Assembly (NCBI GenBank): GCA_036500495.1
Contig: DASYBX010000047.1
Span: 5,888-69,887, forward strand
Direction of reading: 5' to 3'
Source: Caulobacteraceae bacterium
GTDB lineage: Bacteria; Pseudomonadota; Alphaproteobacteria; Caulobacterales; Caulobacteraceae
Length of the DNA: 64,000 nucleotides
Made by a program: the position numbers and the translations under genes. Shown piece by piece: positions 10,800-23,154 of the stretch. Positions within the stretch are counted from its first letter, which is position 1; each line of letters starts with the position of its first letter. A model generated the notes under the pieces. It did not search any database, had not been told where the DNA came from, and saw only the letters and a list, made by a program, of their open reading frames with translations.

Positions 10800-11022
10800 T
10801 GTCAGAGGGTGGGGGAAACCACCATGAAATGGCCCCAATTCGGTCGTTCCGCGGCCCCCTTGGACCCCCATCTTCACATCGTCGGTCAGCCGGAAGTCGC
10901 CGGTCCTAGACCCTGAACAGCCCCCCCAGCCCCCTGGGATCGTGGTTTTCAGCTGGCCGGCATTCCCTCCCCTCTCAAACTGCATCATCGCTCCCGCCCC
11001 CACATATGGCGGGCGTTTTTTT
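10800..11022 (+). ncRNA. candidate structured, C-rich small RNA (unassigned family)
   Basis: 404-bp gap without a credible ORF. A long-range helix pairs gagggtgggggaaaccac (10805-10822) with gtggtttt...attccctcccctctc (10943-10976). There are eight C-runs but a single G-run. Ends in cccgcc/ggcggg hairpin + T7 (10993-11022). A GCTATCAC -10-like element lies at 10786-10793. Confidence 0.4.
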
Positions 11023-11070
11023 GTGCAGCGTTGACGGACTCTCCCGCTCGCGGGGGCGGCCGCGCCTTGA

Positions 11071-11805
11071 TCAGGGCTTCAGGGCGCCGATGATCTTGCC
11101 GGTGGCGCGGGCCTGTAGCAGCACGGCCAGCTTGAGCTCGCCGGCCTTGCCGGCCGCCCCGTCGGGCAGGGTGTAGAGGTGGGACCGGCCGGTCCAGGCG
11201 CCGAGGCGCTGCAGCCCCACCGCCACATTGCGGTAGACCACGGTCACGCCGCGGTTCTCGCCGTCTTTGACCTGGGCCTCCTGCGGCTGGGCCTCGTAGC
11301 GAACCAGCCACACGTCGGCGCCGCCCTTGGGTGCGGAGCCGGAGCCCACGGCGATCTGGCCGGGCGACAGCTCCATGTCCGGCTCGGGGGGCGCGGCCTT
11401 GAGCGCCGCCTTGATCAGCTCGGGCGCCTTGTCCACCGCCGAGCGGTCGGCCTGAGGCGCGCCGTCGACCACCACCTCGGGCGTGTAGACCTCACGCTGG
11501 CCGGCGAATTTCATGTAGGCGCGCTGGCGGGCGGAGAATTCGGGCTTGGCGAAGGTGTCCTTCCAGCCGAGGTAGTCCCAGTAGTCGACGGGGAAGGTGA
11601 GGGCCAGCACGTCCTTGCGGTCGGCCAGGTCCGCGATCAGGGCGTTGGCCTTGGTGCAGGCGGCGCAGCCCTGGCTGGTGAACAGCTCCACCACCACCAC
11701 AGGCCGCCGCGCCTTCGAGGAAGGGGCGTCCTTGGCGAGGGTCGGTGCGGCCGGCGAAGCGAGGCACAGGAGAAGGAGCGCTAGGCGCGTCGCGGACTTG
11801 AGCAT
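11071..11805 (-). CDS. DUF1223 thioredoxin-fold secreted protein
   Basis: Signal peptide, ELFTSQGCAACTKAN (C-x-x-C), VDYWDYLGWKD motif. Confidence 0.8.
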   Translation of the reverse strand: MLKSATRLALLLLCLASPAAPTLAKDAPSSKARRPVVVVELFTSQGCAACTKANALIADLADRKDVLALTFPVDYWDYLGWKDTFAKPEFSARQRAYMKFAGQREVYTPEVVVDGAPQADRSAVDKAPELIKAALKAAPPEPDMELSPGQIAVGSGSAPKGGADVWLVRYEAQPQEAQVKDGENRGVTVVYRNVAVGLQRLGAWTGRSHLYTLPDGAAGKAGELKLAVLLQARATGKIIGALKP

Positions 11806-11911
11806 CGCGCCGCAATTAAGCGGAGAAGGGGCGGCAGCGCCCGTAACAATTTTGTTTGTCCGGCCAGCGCTGCCGCTCTGCTGCTCGAGCGCTGGCCAGA
11901 CCTTGAAGACC

Positions 11912-14596
<2,685 letters not shown>

Positions 14597-14781
14597 GGAA
14601 TGAGGATCCTCTCACTGTTCTGGGCCGCCCGAAAACCGGTTGCGAGATCGCGCGCGAAACGGAACGGACACACAGCGTCCGGCCCTGCGCAGCGGTTGGC
14701 CCGCGCGGCCGCGCCCCTCATAGCCTTCGCCGCCGCCCCCGTCCATGCACGGCGTGTGACGGGCGGGCGCCCCTTCCGGGG

Positions 14782-15447
14782 TTGCGCATGATCCGTGAGG
14801 TGAGGGTCGAAAACCTGGCGCTGATGCGGGGCGACCGGCTGCTGTTCCAAGGGCTGGACTTCAGCCTGAACGCCGGCCAGGCGATCTCGCTGGTCGGCCG
14901 CAACGGGGCGGGCAAGACTTCCCTGCTGCGCGCCATCGCCGGCTTCCTCCGCCCCTGGGAAGGCGCCATCGCCTTCGAGGGCGAGACCGGACCGCTGGAG
15001 CCCGAGGACGCCCGCTCGCGCGGCCTGCACATGGCCGGCCACCAGGACGGGCTGAAGGCCAGCCGGTCCGCCGAGACCGAGTTCCTGTTCCAGGCGCGCT
15101 GGACCGGGGCGAGCGAGGCCGGCATCGCCAAGGCGCGCGAGGCGCTCGACCTCGACGTGCTGTTCGACCTGGAGGTGCGCAAGCTCTCGGCCGGCCAGCG
15201 CCGGCGCCTGTCGCTGGGACGCCTCTTGGCCAGCCAACGGCCCCTTTGGCTACTCGACGAGCCCCTGGCCCCGCTCGACGTCGACCACCGCAGGGCGTTC
15301 GGCGCCCTGATGGCCGAGCACCTGGCGAACGGCGGCATGATCCTGGCCGCGGTGCACGACCCCCTGCCGATCGACACAGACACCCTCGACCTTGGGGGCC
15401 TCGGCGGCCTGGACCAAGACCAAGACCTGGGTGAGGACCGCGCGTGA
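14782..15447 (+). CDS. ccmA: heme exporter ATP-binding protein CcmA
   Basis: Walker [37 protein letters not shown]. Followed by ccmB with a GTGA overlap. Confidence 0.9.
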   Translation: MRMIREVRVENLALMRGDRLLFQGLDFSLNAGQAISLVGRNGAGKTSLLRAIAGFLRPWEGAIAFEGETGPLEPEDARSRGLHMAGHQDGLKASRSAETEFLFQARWTGASEAGIAKAREALDLDVLFDLEVRKLSAGQRRRLSLGRLLASQRPLWLLDEPLAPLDVDHRRAFGALMAEHLANGGMILAAVHDPLPIDTDTLDLGGLGGLDQDQDLGEDRA

Positions 15448-16109
15448 ACGGTTTCGGCGTCCTCCTGAAGCGCGAACTGGCCATGGCCTGGAACCGGGGC
15501 GGCGGCCCGGCCGTGGCCCTGGCCTTCAACGTCTGCGCCGTGACCCTGCTGCCCCTGGCCTCCGGCGGCTCTCTAGACAAGCTGAAGCTGTTGGCCCCCG
15601 GTTTCTCCTGGGTGGCCCTGGCGCTGGCCTCGCTCCTCTCGCTGGAGCGCCTGTTCGAACGCGACTACGAGGACGGGGCCCTGGACCTCCTGGCGCTCGG
15701 CCCCGCGCCGCTGGAACTGGTCGCCGTCGCCAAGTGCCTGGCCCAGTGGGTATGCACCGGCATCCCGCTGGCCGTTTTCGCGCCCATCGCCGCCACGGCC
15801 CTGGGCGCCGACCTGGCGCTGGCGCCCCTCACCTTCCTCTGCGCCCTGATCGGCGGCATCGGCTTCGCCTTCGTCGGCGGGGTGGGGGCGGCGGTCAGCC
15901 TCGGCGCGCGGGCCGGCGGCGTGCTGATCGCGGTGATCGTCCTGCCGCTGTTCACGCCCCTGGCGATCTTCGGCGGCGGCGCCATCGCCAGCCTGGCCAT
16001 GGGGCTGGACTGGCGGCCGGGTCTCCTGTTCCTGTCGGCCTACAGCCTGCTGTTCCTCGCGCTGGGTCCCTTCGCCATGGCCATGGCCTGCCGGAACGCC
16101 TTGTCGTGA
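15444..16109 (+). CDS. ccmB: heme exporter membrane protein CcmB
   Basis: 221 aa, 6 TM helices, [19 protein letters not shown] motif. Confidence 0.9.
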   Translation: MNGFGVLLKRELAMAWNRGGGPAVALAFNVCAVTLLPLASGGSLDKLKLLAPGFSWVALALASLLSLERLFERDYEDGALDLLALGPAPLELVAVAKCLAQWVCTGIPLAVFAPIAATALGADLALAPLTFLCALIGGIGFAFVGGVGAAVSLGARAGGVLIAVIVLPLFTPLAIFGGGAIASLAMGLDWRPGLLFLSAYSLLFLALGPFAMAMACRNALS

Positions 16110-16173
16110 TCCGCCTGCGCTTCGCGATGGAGGATCGCTTGCTCCGTCACCTCGACCCCTCTATCTCAGTTCC

Positions 16174-16890
16174 ATGATCACGGTGCTGGCCAATCCGCAG
16201 AGGTTCCTCGCGTTTTCGCGGGTGGCGGCGCCGATCCTGGGGGCCCTCGCCGCGATCCTGGCGGCCGCGGCCCTGTGGACCGGCTGGTCGGCGCCCGACG
16301 ACTACCAGCAGGGCGCCACGGTGCGCCTGATGTTCATCCACGTGCCCGCGGCGATCACCGGCATGCTGATCTACGGCTGCCTGGCCGGCTCGGCCTTCTT
16401 CGGCCTGGTGTTCCGCCACCTGCTGGCCGACGCCGCCGCCCGGGCCGCCGCCCCGCTCGGCGCCGCCGTCACCCTGCTCGGCCTGATCACCGGCTCGTTC
16501 TGGGGCCGGCCGATGTGGGGCGCCTGGTGGGTGTGGGACGCGCGCCTCACGTCGTACCTGATCCTGTTCCTGTTCTTCGTGGGCTACATGGCCCTGCAGG
16601 CCTCGATCGACGACGAGACCAAGGCCGATCGGGCCTCGGGCATCCTGGCCATGGTCGGCGTGATCATGCTGCCGATCGTGCATTACTCGGTGCTGTGGTG
16701 GAACAGCCTGCACCAGGGCGAGACCATCTTCGCCCCGGGCGGCCCCAAGGCCTCGGCGGTCTACCTCACGCCCCTGTTCCTGATGTGGGCCGCCTATTCC
16801 CTCGGCTTCGGCGCGCTGTGGATGGTGCGCATCCGCGGCGAGATCTGGCGCCGCCGGGCCCAGGCCCTGGCCGTGCAGGGAGCGCGCTGA
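16174..16890 (+). CDS. ccmC: heme exporter protein CcmC
   Basis: WWD motif WGAWWVWDARLTS. Conserved His residues in FIHVP and the HYSVLWWNSLHQ region. Confidence 0.95.
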   Translation: MITVLANPQRFLAFSRVAAPILGALAAILAAAALWTGWSAPDDYQQGATVRLMFIHVPAAITGMLIYGCLAGSAFFGLVFRHLLADAAARAAAPLGAAVTLLGLITGSFWGRPMWGAWWVWDARLTSYLILFLFFVGYMALQASIDDETKADRASGILAMVGVIMLPIVHYSVLWWNSLHQGETIFAPGGPKASAVYLTPLFLMWAAYSLGFGALWMVRIRGEIWRRRAQALAVQGAR

Positions 16891-17063
16891 TGCCCAATTT
16901 CGAGCTGGGCAAGTACGCCGTCTACATCGTGCCGGCCTATGCGATCACCGCCTTGGTGATCGGCGTCATGATCGCCGACACCCTGCTGCGCGCCGGCCGC
17001 TGGAAACGCGAGGTCGAGAAGCGCGAGGCCGCCCGCCCAGGCAAGAAGAGCAAGAAGGCCTGA
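16890..17063 (+). CDS. ccmD: heme exporter protein CcmD
   Basis: 57 aa, single TM (YAVYIVPAYAITALVIGVMI). ATG overlaps the ccmC TGA (TGATG). Not listed separately in the ORF track. Confidence 0.8.
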   Translation: MPNFELGKYAVYIVPAYAITALVIGVMIADTLLRAGRWKREVEKREAARPGKKSKKA

Positions 17064-17068
17064 TCAGC

Positions 17069-17590
17069 GTGCGCCGCATCCTGCCGTTCATTCCCGTGGT
17101 GGTGCTGCTGGCCCTGGGCCTGCTGTTCGCCGGCTATGGCCTGCGGCACGACCCGCAGGTGCAGCCCAACGCCTTGATCGGCAAGCCCCTGCCGACCGTG
17201 GCCTGGCCGACGCTGAACGGCGGCGCCCCGGTGCGCACCGCCAGCCTGCTGAACGGCAAGCCGGGGCTGGTCAATGTGCTCGGCTCCTGGTGCGGCCCGT
17301 GCATCATCGAGTCGCCGCAGCTGATGCAGCTGAAGCAGGCCGGCATCAACGTGGTCGGCGTCACCTGGATGGACCAGCCCGGCAACACCCAGGCCTTCCT
17401 CGACCGCTACGGCAACCCCTTCAGCCAGGTGCTGGTGGGTGGCGACGACGCGGCGGTGGAGTTCGGCATCACCGCCGCGCCCGAGACCTTCATCGTCAAT
17501 TCCAAGGGCATGGTGGTGGGCAAGCACGTCGGCATAATCAACGATATCGACGTGCCCAGGCTGGTGCAGCAGGTGAAGGGCCTGAAGTAG
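17069..17590 (+). CDS. ccmG: thiol:disulfide interchange protein CcmG/DsbE
   Basis: N-terminal anchor, WCGPC active site, GVTWMDQ and PETFIV motifs. Confidence 0.9.
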   Translation: MRRILPFIPVVVLLALGLLFAGYGLRHDPQVQPNALIGKPLPTVAWPTLNGGAPVRTASLLNGKPGLVNVLGSWCGPCIIESPQLMQLKQAGINVVGVTWMDQPGNTQAFLDRYGNPFSQVLVGGDDAAVEFGITAAPETFIVNSKGMVVGKHVGIINDIDVPRLVQQVKGLK

Positions 17591-17700
17591 GGCTGCAGCG
17601 CGCTCAAATAGCCGCTGAGCGGCAGCGCAAACCAAGACTCCGTTTACTCCGGATTAACCACGGTTGGTCACGCTGAATTAACCCTTCCAGCGCCCGAGCC

Positions 17701-18006
17701 ATGGCCGTCATCCGCCCGTTCAACCCACCTGTGCTCACCCAGCCGACGCCGTCGGCCCAGCCGCCCGTGCGGGCGCGGGGCGTGGCCGAAGCCAAGGCGG
17801 CGCAACGGGCCTTCTTCCAGCAGGCGCTGGGCGACGCGACGCCGGTGCGGGCGGCGCCGACGGCGGCTTCGGCCGCTCCGGCCGCCCAGACCGCGTCGGC
17901 CCAGCCCATGCGGGCCGCTCAGCCCGCCGGCGTGGTGCGCCCGATCCCGGACCAGCCGCCGGCGCGGCCCATGCGGCCGGGAAGCTTCATCGACATCAAG
18001 GTGTAA
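17701..18006 (+). CDS. hypothetical Pro/Ala-rich protein
   Basis: 101 aa, GC-rich third positions, no recognisable domain. Preceded by two TTAACC motifs. Confidence 0.4.
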   Translation: MAVIRPFNPPVLTQPTPSAQPPVRARGVAEAKAAQRAFFQQALGDATPVRAAPTAASAAPAAQTASAQPMRAAQPAGVVRPIPDQPPARPMRPGSFIDIKV

Positions 18007-18119
18007 CCCGGCTCGTCATCCCGGACGGAGCGCACGGAGTGCGCGCAGATCCGGGACCCTGCAGCTCCGCCATCTCAAAGCTGCTGCTTGTCCATGGGGT
18101 TTTGCTGTGTTCAGCGCTA

Positions 18120-20459
18120 CTACCCCGCCCCGAACTGCAGTTCGGGCGCCGCCGCCCCGGCCGAGGCCTCCTCAGGCAGGTGGCAGGTGAAGGTCGCGCC
18201 CTGGCCCGGTTCGCTCTGCAACGCCACCCAGCCGCCATGCAGCTCCACCAGCGCCTTCACCAGGGCGAGCCCGAGTCCCGGGCCGCCGCGGTCGCGACCG
18301 ACGAACCGGTCGAAGATGTGGGCCTGGACGTGGAACGGGATGCCGCGTCCCTGATCGGCCACCTGCAGCTGGATCTCGCCGAGGGTCCGGCGGGCCGAGA
18401 CGGTGACGGTCCCCTCCTTGGGCGACTGGCGCACGGCGTTCTCGACAAGGTGCTCGAGCGCCTGGCCCAGCCGGCGCGAGTCGGCGCGGATCACGCCGAT
18501 GTCCTCCGGGCAGTCGATGGCGATGCGCACCTGGATCTCCTCAGCCTCGCGACGCCACCGCTCGACGGCGGTCTCCAGCAGGAACTGGACCGGGGCGTCG
18601 CCGAGGCTGAGCTGCATCTCGCCGGCGTCGACCTGGGCCATGTCGAGCACGTCGTCGATCGAGCGGGCCAGGTGCCCGGCCGCCACCCTCACCGCCTGGA
18701 CGTGACCGCGCGCCCGCTCGCCGAGCGCCTCGCCCATGTGGTCGAGCAACTCGCTGTAGCCGATGATCGTGGTGAGCGGTGTGCGCAGCTCATAGGACAC
18801 GTTGCCGACGAACTCGCGCTTCAGCCGCTCGGCTTCCTCCAGCGCCTGGGAGCGGTCGACCAGGGCGCCCTCCAGATTGCGCGTGTCGGTGATGTCGGCG
18901 AAGGCGATCAGGGTCGCGCCGTCCGGCAGGGGCCGGCTCTGGTAGGCGACGATGCGGCGATCGGAGGTGCGCACCTCTCCGGTCAGGGGCGCGCGGGCCT
19001 GGGGATCGGTGTCGGTGACGCGCGCCTTGAGATCGTTCCATAGGGCCAGGTCGTGCACCCGGCGCACGCAATGCTCGATCACCCCGTCGAAGTCGCCGGC
19101 CGCTTGCAACTGGGCGCCGGACACGTTCCACAGGGAGCAGAAGGCCTCGTTGTGCAGGCGCAGGCGGCCGTCCGAGCCGAACACGGCCACCGCGTCGGAC
19201 AGCTTGTCGAGGGTGGCCTGCTGCACCTGGATCAGGCCGTTGAACTGGGCCTTGAGCTTGAGCTCGTCGGTGATGTCGCTGAACAGCAAAAGCAGACCGC
19301 CGCCGGGATGCAGCTGGCGCACGATGCGCAGGGTGCGCCCGTCGGGCAGGGGCCAGATCTCGTCGTGGCCTGTTCCCAGGTCCTCGTAGCGGCGAAGTTC
19401 CTCCGCCTTCCACTTGGCGTAGTCGGCGGTCTCGGGCAGGCGCCGCCGCTGGCGCAGGCGGTCGAGGATCTCGCCATGGGTCGGCTTGTCGGCCAGCCAG
19501 GCGGGCTCCAGTCCCCACAGCTCGACGAAGGCGGCGTTGTGGAACGCCAGGGTCTTCTGCGGCGAGAAGATCGCCACCGCCTCGCCGATCTGGTCGAAGG
19601 TCTCGCCCTGGGCCTCGATGTGCCGGCGCAGGGAATCACGGGCCTCCTCCGCGTCGGTGACGTCGAGCGCCGACACGGCCACCAGGCCGCCCGGGATCGG
19701 CCGGGCCGACAGCTGGAAGGCGCGGCGGCGACCGTCCACGGTGATCCAGCGCAACTGGGCCTGGGGCTTGCCGCTGACGATCGCGTCGCGGCCAAGGGCG
19801 TCGGCGCCCTTGTCGAAGCTGAGCTTGCGTTTCTTGGCCGATTCCAGAGTCGGCGCCTCGACCGCGCGCAGCCACGCCTGGTTGGCCCAGGCCAACTCGC
19901 CCGACGACCGCGCCAGCCAGATCGGCTCGGCCTGGGCGTCGAGGAAGTCGGTGAGCAGGCCCGCGCTCGGCAAGCCGGAGTCCGCACCGCGGCCCTCGGC
20001 GTCCTGGCGTAGGGACAGGCGCACCCAGCACATGACCCCGCCGGATCGGCCCTCGACCTCCACGGCCGCGTCGCCCCGGTGCACCTGGCCGGTGAAGGGC
20101 TCGCCGGCGTCGACCAGGGCCTGCAGCCGGGCGCCCAACTGCGGATCGGCCCGGCCCAGGGTCTCCAGCACCTCGCGCGGGCTGGAGCGCGAGGCGAACA
20201 GGCGCGCGCAGGCGCCCAGCACCTCGGCGCCCGACACCAGCGTCACGTCGTCGTCGGCGATGACCAGGACCGCGCCATCGAAGGCGTCTACCGCCCCGCG
20301 CGCTGCCTCGGCCTCGAACTCGGCGGCGGTCAGCCTTGCGGACTGGTCGTGAAGGCGCGCGCCGAGAGCCCGCCCCTGGGCAAGGGCCCAGAAGGTGGCC
20401 GCAAGGGCCAGGCACGCCGCCCCACCGGCGGCGGCCAGGATCAAGTCCGACGCGCCCAT
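18120..20459 (-). CDS. membrane-anchored multi-PAS sensor histidine kinase
   Basis: H-box FVGNVSYELRTPLTTI. HATPase boxes VENAVRQSP, DQGRGIP, GGPGLGLALVKALVELHGG. Several PAS-like segments. Start set at ATG 20459 (MGASDLILAAAGG, TM helix); uncertain. Confidence 0.85.
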   Translation of the reverse strand: MGASDLILAAAGGAACLALAATFWALAQGRALGARLHDQSARLTAAEFEAEAARGAVDAFDGAVLVIADDDVTLVSGAEVLGACARLFASRSSPREVLETLGRADPQLGARLQALVDAGEPFTGQVHRGDAAVEVEGRSGGVMCWVRLSLRQDAEGRGADSGLPSAGLLTDFLDAQAEPIWLARSSGELAWANQAWLRAVEAPTLESAKKRKLSFDKGADALGRDAIVSGKPQAQLRWITVDGRRRAFQLSARPIPGGLVAVSALDVTDAEEARDSLRRHIEAQGETFDQIGEAVAIFSPQKTLAFHNAAFVELWGLEPAWLADKPTHGEILDRLRQRRRLPETADYAKWKAEELRRYEDLGTGHDEIWPLPDGRTLRIVRQLHPGGGLLLLFSDITDELKLKAQFNGLIQVQQATLDKLSDAVAVFGSDGRLRLHNEAFCSLWNVSGAQLQAAGDFDGVIEHCVRRVHDLALWNDLKARVTDTDPQARAPLTGEVRTSDRRIVAYQSRPLPDGATLIAFADITDTRNLEGALVDRSQALEEAERLKREFVGNVSYELRTPLTTIIGYSELLDHMGEALGERARGHVQAVRVAAGHLARSIDDVLDMAQVDAGEMQLSLGDAPVQFLLETAVERWRREAEEIQVRIAIDCPEDIGVIRADSRRLGQALEHLVENAVRQSPKEGTVTVSARRTLGEIQLQVADQGRGIPFHVQAHIFDRFVGRDRGGPGLGLALVKALVELHGGWVALQSEPGQGATFTCHLPEEASAGAAAPELQFGAG

Positions 20460-20644
20460 GCTCCCAAACTCGGACAGCCCCGCCGTCCGCGAATCAACCC
20501 TCGCCCAGCATAGTGCGAGGTCCTCCACCCAGGAAACGGTATGAGGCGCCGCATCCTGGGCGTTTATCTGATGGCGGTGTTTGCGGCAGTATGGGGACGC
20601 CCTGGCCCGCTCGAGCGGCCGCCAGGCCGGTAGCGTAGACAAGA

Positions 20645-21172
20645 ATGAGCATTCTCTACCCCATCGCGTCAGGCGTCGAAGCCGCCTTGAGCACCCCGCG
20701 CGGCCGCGCGGCCCGCGAGCGCGACGCCGAGCGTGTGGTCTCCGAGCCCGTCGCCTTCGTGCGCGAGTTCATCGGGCCGGCGTTCCGCGACGAGGCGGAG
20801 GCGCGCGCCCATTGGGCGGGGCGACTGGACGACGAGCGGCCGGACCAACGCGTCAGCGTGGCCCCCGAAGACCGCTTCTGCGATCTGAAGCCGATCATCC
20901 AGCGGAGCCGGACGCCGTTCCTGAAGCCGCACACGGTATGGCGGTTGTCGGTGGCCTATTGGCGGGTCGGCGGGGGAGCGGCGCCGGATGCCGATACCGC
21001 CCAGGCGCGCAAGGCGCGGCGGCAGAAGGCTGGTCCCGCGCCGGACGGCGACGCCCTGGAGACCCTGACCAACCAGCCCCTGCGCCCGATCAAGCCGCAG
21101 CAGCCCCTGGACATTGGCCTGTTCGAGGTGCGACTGCCGGAGAACCCGCATATCGTCGTACCAGACGAGTAG
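20645..21172 (+). CDS. hypothetical protein
   Basis: 175 aa, typical codon bias, no domain recognised. Confidence 0.45.
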   Translation: MSILYPIASGVEAALSTPRGRAARERDAERVVSEPVAFVREFIGPAFRDEAEARAHWAGRLDDERPDQRVSVAPEDRFCDLKPIIQRSRTPFLKPHTVWRLSVAYWRVGGGAAPDADTAQARKARRQKAGPAPDGDALETLTNQPLRPIKPQQPLDIGLFEVRLPENPHIVVPDE

Positions 21173-21212
21173 GCCGGACAAACTGGCCGGACGAATAGGA
21201 TCGTGGCGCCCG

Positions 21213-21635
21213 ATGGGCAGGACCCTGCCGAAGACTGGCTGGAAAGACCTCGCCGCCCCATCGCTGGACGACTTCGCAGGCCTGGCCGAAGAGGCGCTCA
21301 AGGCCCTTCCCCAGCCGTTCAAGCAGCTGGCCGGCGACGTGCGCATGACGGTTGAGGACTTCGCGACGGAAGAGATCCTGGATCAGCTCGGCATCGAGGA
21401 CGCCTTCGAACTGACTGGCCTTTATCAGGGCGTGAACCTCACCGACCGTTCGGTGCTCGACCCCATTCCGCAGATTTCGCAGGTGTTCCTCTATCGCCGC
21501 CCGATCCTCGACGAATGGGCCGAGCGGGGCGAAGTGACCCTGTCCGAACTGGTCACCCACGTGCTGGTGCACGAGATCGGTCACCACTTCGGCCTGTCGG
21601 ACGACGACATCCATGGCGCCGAGGACGAGGCGTAG
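21213..21635 (+). CDS. zinicin-like metallopeptidase family protein (DUF1025)
   Basis: HEIGHHFGLSDDD zinc motif at the C-terminus. ATG 21213 (MGRTLPKTGW). Confidence 0.8.
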   Translation: MGRTLPKTGWKDLAAPSLDDFAGLAEEALKALPQPFKQLAGDVRMTVEDFATEEILDQLGIEDAFELTGLYQGVNLTDRSVLDPIPQISQVFLYRRPILDEWAERGEVTLSELVTHVLVHEIGHHFGLSDDDIHGAEDEA

Positions 21636-21681
21636 CGGCCCGCCGTCCCTATATGCTGCTGGACAAGCTTCGGAGGACCCC

Positions 21682-22791
21682 ATGCGCGTCGGCGTGCCCA
21701 AGGAGATCAAGCCCGGGGAGTACCGGGTCGGCCTCACCCCCACCGCGGTCCGCGAATATGTGACCCACGGTCACCAGGTGCTGGTGGAGGCCGGCGCCGG
21801 CCAGGGGGCGGGTTATGACGATGCGGCCTATGTGCGGGCCGGGGCCGACCTCGCAGACGCGGCGGCGGTGTTCGAGGGCGCCGAACTGATCGTCAAGGTC
21901 AAGGAGCCGCAGCCGGTCGAGTGGGCGCGCCTGAACGGCCGCCACATCCTGTTCACCTACCTGCATCTGGCGCCCGATCCGGCCCAGGCCGACGGGTTGA
22001 TCAACTCCGGCTGCGCGGCGATCGCCTACGAGACCGTCACCGACTGCGCCGGCGGCCTGCCGTTGCTGGCGCCGATGAGCGAGGTGGCTGGGCGCATCGC
22101 CGTGTTCTCCGCCGCCGAGACCCTGCTGAAGCACAACGGCGGCATGGGCCTTCTGCTGTGCGGCGTGCCGGGCGTGCCGCCGGCGCGAGTGTGCGTGCTG
22201 GGCGGCGGGGTGGTGGGGGCCAACGCCGCACGCATGGCCGCCGGCCTCGGCGCCGAGGTGGTGGTGATCGAGCGTTCGGTGCCGCGCATGCGGGTGCTGG
22301 ACGACATCTTCATGGGCCGCGTGCTGACCCGCTACTCCACACTCGACGCCATCGAGGAGGAGGTGATCAAGGCCGACGTGGTGATCGGCGCGGCCCTGAT
22401 CCCCGGCGCCAACGCTCCCAAGCTGGTCACCCGCGAGCACCTCGAGAAGATGAAGACCGGCTCGGTGCTGGTGGACGTATCGATCGACCAGGGCGGCTGC
22501 TTCGAGACCAGCCGGCCGACCACCCACGCCGAGCCCACCTACGTGATCGACGGGGTGGTGCACTACTGCGTGGCCAACATGCCGGGCGCGGCGCCGCGCA
22601 CCTCGTCCGAGGCCCTGGTCCACGCCACCCTGCCCCTCGGACTCGCCCTGGCCGACAAGGGGCTGGACGCGCTGAAGTCCGACGTCCACCTGGCCCACGG
22701 CCTCAACATCCTGCACGGCCAAGTCACCCACCCGGCGGTGGCCCAGGCGCTGGGCAAGCCGTTCGCCGACCCCTATGGGGCGTGGAAATGA
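21682..22791 (+). CDS. ald: alanine dehydrogenase
   Basis: [35 protein letters not shown] Rossmann, [18 protein letters not shown] 4 nt upstream of ATG 21682. Confidence 0.95.
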   Translation: MRVGVPKEIKPGEYRVGLTPTAVREYVTHGHQVLVEAGAGQGAGYDDAAYVRAGADLADAAAVFEGAELIVKVKEPQPVEWARLNGRHILFTYLHLAPDPAQADGLINSGCAAIAYETVTDCAGGLPLLAPMSEVAGRIAVFSAAETLLKHNGGMGLLLCGVPGVPPARVCVLGGGVVGANAARMAAGLGAEVVVIERSVPRMRVLDDIFMGRVLTRYSTLDAIEEEVIKADVVIGAALIPGANAPKLVTREHLEKMKTGSVLVDVSIDQGGCFETSRPTTHAEPTYVIDGVVHYCVANMPGAAPRTSSEALVHATLPLGLALADKGLDALKSDVHLAHGLNILHGQVTHPAVAQALGKPFADPYGAWK

Positions 22792-22871
22792 GCGGAATTG
22801 CGCGAGCCGCTTGAACTTCCGCGCTTCCCGGCGTTTCACTAAGGCAGTCGCGGTCGCCGGTGGGAGGCGCC

Positions 22872-23096
22872 ATGAAGCTCAACTATGCGCCCCAGGCGGG
22901 TCTGCGCCGCAGGAAGCCCGATCAACATCGCGAGACGATGGCGTTCTGGGCTGGCATCGCGATCCTGTGCCTGTTCGAGCTGGTGCTGATGTCCAAGAGC
23001 TGGTCGTCGGAAAGCGCCGCCCACATCTTCGACTTCCACGTCGAGCAGGCCCAGGCCGCGGATGCGGACCAAGGCGACGCGGCGCCGGCGAACTGA
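22872..23096 (+). CDS. hypothetical small membrane protein
   Basis: GGGAGG SD 5 nt upstream of ATG 22872. One TM (MAFWAGIAILCLFELVLM). GC-rich third positions. Confidence 0.35.
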   Translation: MKLNYAPQAGLRRRKPDQHRETMAFWAGIAILCLFELVLMSKSWSSESAAHIFDFHVEQAQAADADQGDAAPAN

Positions 23097-23154
23097 TTCA
23101 AGGAAGTCGATCTACCGCCTGCTTCTCCCTCAAAGGGAGGAGCGCGGGGCGACG

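Noticed and set aside
10791-11003. 70-aa Gly-rich minus-strand ORF, and a 30-aa + strand ORF (10823-10915) with a GGGGGA upstream
   Set aside because: Roughly 26% and 37% A/T-ending codons respectively, against the strong G/C third-position bias of real genes here. The Gly-richness simply mirrors the C-runs of the + strand. The region is treated as an RNA candidate instead.
20540-20633. 30-aa ORF MRRRILGVYLMAVFAAVWGRPGPLERPPGR in the kinase / hypothetical-gene intergenic region
   Set aside because: Short, its second half runs into a repeat-family copy that supplies the stop codon, and there is no supporting conservation evidence available.
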